This document shows, one piece after another, positions 39,150-46,411 of a stretch of 64,000 nucleotides of DNA. The notes under the pieces were generated by a model, which had not been told where the DNA came from, did not search any database, and worked only from the letters and a program-made list of their open reading frames with translations. The number at the start of each line of letters is the position of its first letter. The first letter of the stretch is position 1. The DNA comes from Vulcanimicrobiota bacterium (GTDB lineage: Bacteria > Vulcanimicrobiota > Vulcanimicrobiia > Vulcanimicrobiales > Vulcanimicrobiaceae): the NCBI GenBank assembly GCA_963704715.1, contig OY969933.1, positions 135,091-199,090 of the forward strand, written 5' to 3'. The translations under genes and the position numbers were made by a program.

Positions 39150-39854
39150 GTGCTGCGCGGACGGCAGCTCGGCGAAGCAGACCGCATCTACACGCTCTTT
39201 ACGACGGAGCGTGGGAAGCTCGACGCCGTGGCCAAAGGCGTGCGTCGCGCGAAAAGCCACTTCGCCGGCCGGCTCGAGTTCGGCAACGAGTGCGAATTCG
39301 GCATGCATCGCGGGCGGACGCTCGACGTGATCGTCTCGGCGGAGATCCTGCACGCTCCCTGGGTGCGGCTCGTTCAGCCGGCACGATTCGGGACCGCGTC
39401 CGCCGCGGTGGAGCTCGTCGAATCGTTCTGCGAACCGGATCTCGCGCTGCCCGAGATCTACGAGTTGCTCACCGGAATGATCGCCGCTGTCGAAACGACC
39501 CCGCAGCCGCGGGAGCTGTTGCCGCGCTTTTCGGCGCGCTTGCTGGACCTGCTGGGATTGGCCCCCCCGACGGACGCGTGCGTGCGCTGCGGGAAAGCAC
39601 TCGCACCGGGGGTCGCGTGGATCGACGCGGAGGCCGGCGGTTTGATCGACGATCGTTGCCGCGAGCGCTGGCGCGATCTTCCCGAACTCGATGCGCGGGA
39701 TCGCGAGAACTTTCGCGCCCTATGGACGCCCAAAGGCGGCGCGGCAACCGCGCGCGCGACGCCGCGCGTGGCACGCGCCGTCGAAGAGTTGCTGACGCAT
39801 CACTTGGGGCGGCGCCCGCGCGCCGGCGCGCACCTGGCGGAGTTCGCGGGCTAG
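39150..39854 (+). CDS. recO: DNA repair protein RecO
   Basis: 'LGEADRIYTLFTTERGKLDAVAKGVRR' and the zinc motif 'CVRCGK'. The N-terminus looks short, so the true start may be a non-canonical codon slightly upstream. Confidence 0.8.
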   Translation: MLRGRQLGEADRIYTLFTTERGKLDAVAKGVRRAKSHFAGRLEFGNECEFGMHRGRTLDVIVSAEILHAPWVRLVQPARFGTASAAVELVESFCEPDLALPEIYELLTGMIAAVETTPQPRELLPRFSARLLDLLGLAPPTDACVRCGKALAPGVAWIDAEAGGLIDDRCRERWRDLPELDARDRENFRALWTPKGGAATARATPRVARAVEELLTHHLGRRPRAGAHLAEFAG

Positions 39855-39877
39855 TGGCCTGCGATACGGGCCACTAG
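39851..39877 (+). other. perfect 9-bp hairpin bridging the recO stop and the ruvX start
   Basis: CTAGTGGCC (39851-39859), 9-nt loop, GGCCACTAG (39869-39877). It contains the recO TAG and ends 1 nt before the ruvX ATG. Confidence 0.4.
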
Positions 39878-40303
39878 ATGTCGATTGTGGCACTGGACGT
39901 CGGGTCGAAACGCATCGGGGTAGCGGTTTCGGATCCGGGTCTGACGTTCGCGCTGCCGGTCGAGACGATCGAGCGCACGAATCTCGACGAGGATCTCGCG
40001 CGCATCCTGGAACTGGCGAAGTCGTACGATGCGACGGAAATGGTGGTCGGCGACCCCGTGACCCTCGCCGGCGAGCGCAGCATCGCGGCCGTGAAGACGG
40101 ACGCATTCGTGGAACGTCTGAAGCGCGTCTTTGCGGGGACCGTGCACCGTATGGACGAGCGCCTTACCACGGCGCAAGCAACGAAGACGCTCGTCGCGGC
40201 GGATGTGTCGCGGAAGAAGCGCCGGCAAGTCGTCGATCGCATGGCGGCAGCGCTGATTCTCGAGATGTTTCTCAGCCGCCGCCGGAATCTGCGCGCACCG
40301 TGA
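39878..40303 (+). CDS. ruvX: Holliday junction resolvase-like RuvX/YqgF
   Basis: 'IVALDVGSKRIGVAVSD' and 'DERLTT'. Confidence 0.9.
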   Translation: MSIVALDVGSKRIGVAVSDPGLTFALPVETIERTNLDEDLARILELAKSYDATEMVVGDPVTLAGERSIAAVKTDAFVERLKRVFAGTVHRMDERLTTAQATKTLVAADVSRKKRRQVVDRMAAALILEMFLSRRRNLRAP

Positions 40304-41298
40304 AGGCTGCCGCGCGCGTCGCGGCGGCGCTGCTCGCGGCCGCAATCGCGGTCACGCTGGGCGGCGCGGCCTGGTGGTGGAATGCCGCCTATCGCGACCG
40401 GTCCGTGCCCGCCGCACAGACGCAAGTGATCGTTCCGCAGGGAGCGACGTTTTCGGAAGTTGCGCGCCAGTTGGCGGCCGCCGGCGTGATCGACAACGTT
40501 CTGACGTTTCGCCTGCTCGCGCGCTTGCGCGGGCAAGAAGCCGACGTGCGCGCCGGCGAGTATCGCTTCCCCGCCCATCAAACGCAGGATGGCGTGCTGC
40601 GCGCGCTCGTAAGCCAAGGCGCACAGGTCGCAACCTGGGTCACGGTTCCCGAGGGTTTCACGAGCCGTCAGATTGCACGACGGCTTGCGGATGCCGGCGT
40701 GGGAACGGCGGCACAGTTCGAGCAGGCGTTCGCGCGCGATACGGTGGTGGTTGCCGGCACCCGATCGAAAAGCATGGAAGGGTTCTTGTTCCCGAGCACC
40801 TATTTGCTCCCACTCGGCGCGTCGCCTCGGCAAGTAGAAGATGCGATGACGACGCAATTTTTTGCGCATCTTCCGCGCGACGCGGCGGCGCGCGCGCGGC
40901 AACTGCACGTCAGCGTGCCGCAGGCGGTGACGGTCGCGTCGCTGGTCGAACGCGAGGCCAAGGCCGAAGCGGATCGTCCGTTGATTGCGGGCGTGATTTA
41001 CAACCGGCTGCGGCTCGACGTGCCGCTCGAAGTGGATGCGACGATCGAATATGCGCTGCCCGAGCACAAGCGAGAACTGTCGTACGCCGACTTGAAAATC
41101 GATTCCCCGTACAACACCTACCTGCACGCCGGTCTGCCGCCGACCCCGATTGCCAATCCCGGCCTCCCGTCGATGGAAGCCGCGCTGCATCCGTCGAAGA
41201 CCGAGTTCCTGTACTACGTGTATTGCGGGAACGGGCGCCACGTTTTCGCCAAGACGCTGGCAGAGCACCAAGCCAACGTGGCGCGCTGCCTGCACTGA
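40300..41298 (+). CDS. mltG: endolytic murein transglycosylase MltG (YceG-like)
   Basis: GTGA overlap with ruvX. N-terminal TM helix, 'ASLVEREA' and 'SPYNTYLHAGLPPTPIANPG'. Confidence 0.9.
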   Translation: MKAAARVAAALLAAAIAVTLGGAAWWWNAAYRDRSVPAAQTQVIVPQGATFSEVARQLAAAGVIDNVLTFRLLARLRGQEADVRAGEYRFPAHQTQDGVLRALVSQGAQVATWVTVPEGFTSRQIARRLADAGVGTAAQFEQAFARDTVVVAGTRSKSMEGFLFPSTYLLPLGASPRQVEDAMTTQFFAHLPRDAAARARQLHVSVPQAVTVASLVEREAKAEADRPLIAGVIYNRLRLDVPLEVDATIEYALPEHKRELSYADLKIDSPYNTYLHAGLPPTPIANPGLPSMEAALHPSKTEFLYYVYCGNGRHVFAKTLAEHQANVARCLH

Positions 41299-41329
41299 CG
41301 GCACGCCGAAGAAGAAAGGAGCGCGAATC

Positions 41330-41632
41330 GTGACGGCTTCGAACGGACAGGGACCGGCCGCTCCGCTGGACGTGGGCGAAGTTCTCCAGCTCCGGATGGA
41401 GGACGGCTCGACCCTGGAGTACGAGGTGCGGGCGATCTTCGAAGACGCCGAAACGCACGTCAGCTACGCCGTGCTCGAACGCGAGCGCGACGGCGAGGGC
41501 GACGCCGATCGCGAGGTGATCGTCACCGATCTCGACGGCAACCTCATCGAGGACGACGACCTCGTTCGCGACGTGCTCGAAAACTACGACGTTTTCAGCG
41601 AAGAAGCCGGCGATTCGGGAGGCGCCGGTTAA
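41330..41632 (+). CDS. DUF1292 family protein
   Basis: GTG 41330 with AAAGGAG upstream. The acidic 100-aa protein 'YEVRAIFEDAETHVSYAVLE...EVIVTDLDGNLIEDDDL' has the DUF1292 pattern. It follows ruvX-mltG, as in Firmicutes. Confidence 0.7.
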   Translation: MTASNGQGPAAPLDVGEVLQLRMEDGSTLEYEVRAIFEDAETHVSYAVLERERDGEGDADREVIVTDLDGNLIEDDDLVRDVLENYDVFSEEAGDSGGAG

Positions 41633-42768
41633 TTCGCGTTCTTTTTCTGTCGGCCAGCGTCGGCGTCGGGCACCTCTCGGCCGCCAATGCCGTCTGCTGC
41701 GCGCTTCGCGAACGCGACCCAGGCGTGCAGACGACCGTCGTCGATTCGTATAAGTATGCCGCGCTGGTCGTGTCGCGCGTCGTTTCCGATGGTTACCTTC
41801 AAATGGTCAAGACGATACCGCAGATGTATCGTTATATCTACGATCGAGCCGAACGCGCGACCGAGGTCGGTCCGTTCCGAACGTGGGCGCATCAGTTCAC
41901 GGCCGGAAACTTGCGACCGCTGCTCGAGCGGGAGCGGCCCGACGTGGTCGTCTGCACCCACGCGTTTCCATGCGGCGCGATGGCCGAATACAAGCGCCTG
42001 TTCGACGATGCTCCGCCGGCGATCGGCATCGTCACCGATTTTGCCGTGCATGCGTTTTGGATGCACGCCAACATCGACGGGTACGTCGTCGCGAGCGACG
42101 CGGTGCGCGACGCGATGACGGCGCGCGGTATTCCGGGCGAACGAATCGTGGCCGCCGGCATTCCGGTTCGCCGGGAGTTCGTGCCGGGCAACGAAACCCT
42201 CGACTCGCTGCGCGAACGTCTCGACCTGCCGCGCGACCGCCGCGTCGTGCTGATGATGGGCGGCGGTCTCGGCATCGGGCCGCTCGAGCGAATGATGCGC
42301 GCGCTCGAGCGCGTCTCCATTCCGCTCGCAGCGGTCGTGATCGCGGGGCGGAACGCGCGCAGCGAGCGGCGCGTGCGCGCTGCCGCCGAGAGCATCGGAT
42401 ATCCGGTACGCGCGCTGCGGTTTGTCGAAAACGTCTACGACTACATGCACGCGGCAGACGCATTCGTGACCAAACCCGGCGGGTTGAGCACTGCCGAAGC
42501 GCTGGTGGCCGGGATTCCGATGGTCCTCTGCAAGCCGCTGCCCGGCCAAGAAGAGCGCAACGCGCGCTATCTCAGCGACGCGGGTGCGGCGCTGCGCGCG
42601 CGCCGCGTACGCGAACTGCCGCCGGTCGTGGAATCGATTCTGACCGATTCGGCACGCAGGGCTCGCATGGTTGCAGCGGCGCAGCGGCTCGCGCGTCCGG
42701 AAGCGGCAGGGGAAGCCGCGTCGATGATTGCACGATTGGGAACGATGCAAAGGGAGGTGGTTGCGTGA
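41632..42768 (+). CDS. GT28 MGDG-synthase/UgtP-like diacylglycerol glycosyltransferase
   Basis: The track ORF starts at GTG 41725, but the conserved N-terminus 'RVLFLSASVGVGHLSAANAV' is encoded upstream in the same frame with no ATG/GTG/TTG available. ATT 41632 (GGGAGG 9 nt upstream) is proposed. The C-terminal GT-B half carries 'FVTKPGGLSTAEAL'. Confidence 0.7.
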   Translation: MRVLFLSASVGVGHLSAANAVCCALRERDPGVQTTVVDSYKYAALVVSRVVSDGYLQMVKTIPQMYRYIYDRAERATEVGPFRTWAHQFTAGNLRPLLERERPDVVVCTHAFPCGAMAEYKRLFDDAPPAIGIVTDFAVHAFWMHANIDGYVVASDAVRDAMTARGIPGERIVAAGIPVRREFVPGNETLDSLRERLDLPRDRRVVLMMGGGLGIGPLERMMRALERVSIPLAAVVIAGRNARSERRVRAAAESIGYPVRALRFVENVYDYMHAADAFVTKPGGLSTAEALVAGIPMVLCKPLPGQEERNARYLSDAGAALRARRVRELPPVVESILTDSARRARMVAAAQRLARPEAAGEAASMIARLGTMQREVVA

Positions 42769-43313
42769 GCTCGTTGCCCTCGTCGAGAGCGTACGGCGGC
42801 TGGCTGGCGATCGTTCGCATCGTGACCGGCCTGATTTGGCTCTCTCACGGCGTTCCCAAATTCGTGCAAAGCGCGCGTTTCATGCCGCCGGGAGGCGCGA
42901 TGGCATCCTACGTGGCGCGCGGCCTGCAGACCGCAAGCCCTGCCTATCACACGTTTCTCGCCAATACGGTGCAGCCGAACATCATGCTGTTCGCCGAACT
43001 CGTGCGTTTGGGCGAGGTGCTCGTGGGCATCGCGCTCGTGCTCGGCGCACTCTCCCGCGTGGGCGGCTTCTTCGGAATTGTGCTGACCCTGAACTATCTC
43101 GCCGCGCGCGGACACCTGCTCTCGTCGGCGACGCTTCAGAGCACCGATTTCGCCCTGCTGATGCTCTCGTTTATTGCGCTCGTTCTGCCGGTGGGGCGCG
43201 TGTTCGGCATCGACGCGCTGCTCGCCAGGCGCGCCCCGCGCGTCGAACGCGTGCGCGCGGAGTTCGTGCCGGAGCCAACGCGTCCAGGTCCGAGCGCTCC
43301 TCCCAATCCGTAG
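42765..43313 (+). CDS. DoxX family membrane protein
   Basis: GTG 42765 overlaps the upstream TGA, with AGGGAGG 7 nt upstream. Four TM helices; 'RIVTGLIWLSHGVPKF'. Confidence 0.7.
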   Translation: MSSLPSSRAYGGWLAIVRIVTGLIWLSHGVPKFVQSARFMPPGGAMASYVARGLQTASPAYHTFLANTVQPNIMLFAELVRLGEVLVGIALVLGALSRVGGFFGIVLTLNYLAARGHLLSSATLQSTDFALLMLSFIALVLPVGRVFGIDALLARRAPRVERVRAEFVPEPTRPGPSAPPNP

Positions 43314-43395
43314 CGGCGCGGCAGACGTGCCGGCGCGCGGGTGAAGGGGACGGGCCGGGTCGCCGTTAAACAGGCGGGCTTGCCGTGCAGTCTGG

Positions 43396-43485
43396 GGAGA
43401 GATGGCCGAGCGGCTGAAGGCGGCGGTTTGCTAAACCGTTATACGATGTAAAGTCGTATCGAGGGTTCGAATCCCTCTCTCTCCG
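43396..43485 (+). tRNA. tRNA-Ser (anticodon GCT)
   Basis: Hand-folded cloverleaf: acceptor GGAGAGA/TCTCTCC, anticodon loop TTGCTAA, long variable arm TACGA-TGTAAAG-TCGTA, T-arm GAGGG-TTCGAAT-CCCTC. No encoded CCA. Confidence 0.9.
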
Positions 43486-43500
43486 AATGGTGCGTCATAC

Positions 43501-43574
43501 GCGGTCGTAGCTCAATTGGATAGAGCAACAGGCTACGAACTTGTAGGTTGGGGGTTCGAGTCCCTCCGACCGCG
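43501..43574 (+). tRNA. tRNA-Arg (anticodon ACG)
   Basis: Acceptor GCGGTCG/CGACCGC, D-arm GCTC-AATTGGATA-GAGC, anticodon loop CTACGAA, T-loop TTCGAGT. No encoded CCA. Confidence 0.9.
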
Positions 43575-43585
43575 GATGTCGAACG

Positions 43586-43612
43586 AGTCCCGTCGCAAAA
43601 CGCGGCGGGACT
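43586..43612. terminator. stem-loop between tRNA-Arg and the convergent protease gene
   Basis: AGTCCCG (43586-43592) pairs with CGGGACT (43606-43612), with inner CGC/GCG pairing. It could terminate either strand. Confidence 0.4.
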
Positions 43613-43616
43613 TCGT

Positions 43617-45176
43617 TCATTCCTTGTGCGGGATCATGATGAGATGGCCGTGCGGGTAGTCGAAGATGTAATCGAAGTGGCGCAGGAAGTCGTAGCCCAC
43701 GAGGATGTCCCGTCCCGAAAACGATGACGATTCGCAGGCCGGCGGTTGTTGGTAGACGATCGGCCCCAGCGTGAGGGAGTCGACGTGTCCGCACGACTCC
43801 ACCTCGTATCCGCCAACGCCTCCGATGGCCGGATGCGACTGCAGCATGCCGACGACCGAGTTGTCGACGAGCATGGCCAAGCCGTAACGTGTGATCAGCT
43901 CTTTTCCGAACAGCACGTAGTAAAAGTTTCCGCTGTCGAGTTCGGCGCTGACGGGAATTCGGCCGTCCATCTTCATGGGAACGTTGGGCACGCCGTCGCT
44001 CAGGTCGACGTTCAGCGGGATGCCCGCACTTGCGTCGGTCTGTGCGGCGGACGGGTCGGAGATCGTCAGCTGTTGTGCCGATGCGTTCAACCGGACGACC
44101 GCGCCGCCGAAGAGGTCGAAGCCGATCACGCCGTCCGGGGCGTCGGGATCCATGCTGTCGGGAATCGAGTTGGCCACGACGTTCGACAAGACGTTTCCGC
44201 CGATGTCCACGCTGTCGAGTTTGAGAATGTTTCCCCTCGCCGTTCCGGCGATGCCGCCGATGCTTTCGCTCGTCAGCGCCTTCACGCCGGCTTTTACACC
44301 AAACTCGCGGGTGAGATAGATTCCGTCGGCACCGGTATCGATGATGAAGCGTCCCGGCGTCCCGTTGATCTTCGCGTCGACGATGAAACGCGTGTCGGTG
44401 ACCTTGAACCCGAACGGCGCAGGATTGGAAAACGCCCAGGTCGCACGCGGCGGAGGCGGATGAAGGTCGTCGTTGGTCACGGCGGGGTTGGCATCGATTT
44501 TTGCGACGGTCCAGGTCGAACCGCGGCCGTAGCGATACGAGCCGATGATTTTCTTTCCGGGCAGCGCCTCGGTGTATCCGAGCACGTGAATCGTTTCGGT
44601 GGAAGAACCATCGGGATCGATCACGGCTTGCACGAAGGCGCCGCTATCCGGATCGACGTAGAGATCGATCGGATAGTCGTCCTTCAGCGTCACGCGAACG
44701 ATCTGCGTGGCTTTTCCGTCGACGTTTGCGGAGCCGCGCAGCGTTCCGGTCAGTCCCGAAAGCGCCTCGTTGAAGAGTAGATCCTCGGCGAGTGCCGCTT
44801 TCGCCGGGTCGCCGAACGCCGGGGTCGTAAATCCGTTGACGTTGCTTTGCCAGAAGATGTTGCCGGTGAATCCTTCGTCGCGTTGCAGCCCTGCCCGGCT
44901 GCTTTGCGAGAACGTCGTGCGATAGACCAGACCCTCGGAAACGGTTGAGAACGACGCCGTCGTCTCACCCTTGGTGTTGACGGCGCGCCCCGTGAGACGC
45001 ATGCTGCTCAGCGTTCCGTCACCGAGTTGCCATCCGACGAAGGCGCGATGCTTCGCGAGCAGCCCCTGCGCGCCGGCATCTTCGACGGCGGAGGCTGGAA
45101 CGGCCATGAGACATAGGGTCATCGCCGTCGCGTACGCGATCGGCTTCATAAGAAAGAATGACGAGTGGTTCGACAT
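43617..45176 (-). CDS. secreted two-lobed retropepsin-like aspartic protease
   Basis: ATG 45176 with GGAGGAG upstream. Signal 'AMTLCLMAVPASA'. Two aspartic-protease halves: 'GRFIIDTGADGIYL' and 'VSAELDSGNFYYVL'. Visibly lower GC than its neighbours. Confidence 0.6.
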   Translation of the reverse strand: MSNHSSFFLMKPIAYATAMTLCLMAVPASAVEDAGAQGLLAKHRAFVGWQLGDGTLSSMRLTGRAVNTKGETTASFSTVSEGLVYRTTFSQSSRAGLQRDEGFTGNIFWQSNVNGFTTPAFGDPAKAALAEDLLFNEALSGLTGTLRGSANVDGKATQIVRVTLKDDYPIDLYVDPDSGAFVQAVIDPDGSSTETIHVLGYTEALPGKKIIGSYRYGRGSTWTVAKIDANPAVTNDDLHPPPPRATWAFSNPAPFGFKVTDTRFIVDAKINGTPGRFIIDTGADGIYLTREFGVKAGVKALTSESIGGIAGTARGNILKLDSVDIGGNVLSNVVANSIPDSMDPDAPDGVIGFDLFGGAVVRLNASAQQLTISDPSAAQTDASAGIPLNVDLSDGVPNVPMKMDGRIPVSAELDSGNFYYVLFGKELITRYGLAMLVDNSVVGMLQSHPAIGGVGGYEVESCGHVDSLTLGPIVYQQPPACESSSFSGRDILVGYDFLRHFDYIFDYPHGHLIMIPHKE

Positions 45177-45335
45177 AGGCTCCTCCATGTGCGAACGCGC
45201 GCTCGTATAGCAAGCGCTTCTTACGGGCATGATTTCGAAGCGCCGGGAAGGGGGCCTGCGGCCGCTGCCGGCCTCGCTTGCGCGGCAGGGAGGGTTTTGC
45301 TAGAGTACGGAAGCGAAGCGGGTACCTGCATGTGC

Positions 45336-45407
45336 GGCTCGGTAGCTCAGCGGTAGAGCAGGGGACTCATAAGCCCTTGGTCGGGTGTTCAAATCACCCC
45401 CGAGTCA
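45336..45407 (+). tRNA. tRNA-Met (anticodon CAT; elongator type, Ile2 not excluded)
   Basis: Acceptor GGCTCGG/CCGAGTC with G1-C72 paired, D-arm GCTC-AGCGGTA-GAGC, anticodon loop CTCATAA, T-arm GGGTG-TTCAAAT-CACCC. Confidence 0.8.
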
Positions 45408-45417
45408 GATTTCACAG

Positions 45418-45449
45418 GCGTCGGCCGCCGAAAAGAAGGCGGCCGACGT
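45418..45449 (+). terminator. 12-bp GC-rich hairpin after tRNA-Met
   Basis: GCGTCGGCCGCC, loop GAAAAGAA, GGCGGCCGACGT. The downstream T-tract is weak. Confidence 0.45.
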
Positions 45450-45472
45450 CGTTATCGAGGTAATAGTCCGTC

Positions 45473-45706
45473 ATGTCCACCATACCGTGCGATTTCTGTC
45501 CCCATCCCGTCGACCGGACGCAGATGGAAGAGATTGAGATTTCGCACTACGTCCCGGATAGTTCCGGCGACGATCTTGCGTACGCGCGCACGTATTTCTT
45601 CGGTCATCCCGATTGCGTGCGCAAATTCTACCGATCCCTGGTCGATCACAAACTCGATCTCTTCAAGCACATTCCCAGCGCGGGTCCTGCAATCCAGGAG
45701 CCGTGA
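45473..45706 (+). CDS. small hypothetical protein with CxxC...HxxC (zinc-ribbon-like) pattern
   Basis: 77 aa, 'CDFCPHP...GHPDCVRKF'. Lower GC than the window average. It sits between two tRNA genes. No family recognised. Confidence 0.4.
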   Translation: MSTIPCDFCPHPVDRTQMEEIEISHYVPDSSGDDLAYARTYFFGHPDCVRKFYRSLVDHKLDLFKHIPSAGPAIQEP

Positions 45707-45715
45707 CGCTGGCGT

Positions 45716-45792
45716 GCGCCCGTAGCGTAGCTGGATAACGCACAGCCCTCCGAAGGCTGGGATCGGGGGTTCGAATCCCTCCGGGCGCGCCA
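45716..45792 (+). tRNA. tRNA-Arg (anticodon CCG), CCA encoded
   Basis: Acceptor GCGCCCG/CGGGCGC, D-arm GCGT-AGCTGGATA-ACGC, anticodon stem CAGCC/GGCTG with loop CTCCGAA, T-arm GGGGG-TTCGAAT-CCCTC, then G-CCA. Confidence 0.9.
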
Positions 45793-45824
45793 TTTTCTGG
45801 AACGACGCGTAGCGGCGCGATAGG

Positions 45825-46304
45825 ATGACGGAAAGCGACGAAGAGTCCATGCGGCGAGCCTTGACGCTGGCCGCCCAGGCCGAACGCGCCGGCGACGTCC
45901 CGGTGGGTGCGGTGCTCGTGAGCGGCGCACTCGTCGTCGAGGCCCGCAACGAAAAGGAATCGAGCGCCGATGCGACCGCGCATGCGGAAATGCTCGCGTT
46001 GCGCCGCGCGTCGCGCGCGCTAGGCACGTGGCGCTTGAGCGACGCAACGCTCTACGTTACGAAAGAGCCGTGCGTCATGTGCGCCGGTGCGATGATCGCG
46101 GCGCGCATTCGCCGCCTCGTCTATGCGGCCAACGATCCGAAAGGCGGTGCCGACGGCGGCGCGTTCGATCTGCTGCGATCGCGTGCCACAAACCATCGCA
46201 TCGAGGTCGAAGCCGGTGTGCTGCAATCCGAAGCATCTGCCCAACTGCAGCGGTTCTTTCGCGCACGCCGAGCGCGTGAAGGCATCGAACGGGCCTCGCC
46301 ATAA
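45825..46304 (+). CDS. tadA: tRNA-specific adenosine(34) deaminase
   Basis: 'DVPVGAVLV', 'HAEMLALR' and 'TKEPCVMCAGAM' (CDA zinc motifs). Confidence 0.9.
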   Translation: MTESDEESMRRALTLAAQAERAGDVPVGAVLVSGALVVEARNEKESSADATAHAEMLALRRASRALGTWRLSDATLYVTKEPCVMCAGAMIAARIRRLVYAANDPKGGADGGAFDLLRSRATNHRIEVEAGVLQSEASAQLQRFFRARRAREGIERASP

Positions 46305-46320
46305 TAAGGCGTCGCGGCGC

Positions 46321-46411
46321 GGAGAGGTGGTCGAGTGGTTGAAGGCACCCGCCTCGAAAGCGGGCGAACGTGATGAGCGTTCCGAGAGTTCGAATCTCTC
46401 CCTCTCCGCCA
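46321..46411 (+). tRNA. tRNA-Ser (anticodon CGA), CCA encoded
   Basis: Acceptor GGAGAGG/CCTCTCC, anticodon stem CCCGC/GCGGG with loop CTCGAAA, long variable arm, T-arm GAGAG-TTCGAAT-CTCTC, then G-CCA. Confidence 0.9.

Noticed and set aside
41883-42764. The 476-aa ORF 41883..43313 as one gene
   Set aside because: Its first 294 codons are an alternative frame of the GT28 gene. Only the DoxX part, from GTG 42765 (with an SD and a GTGA overlap), is credible.
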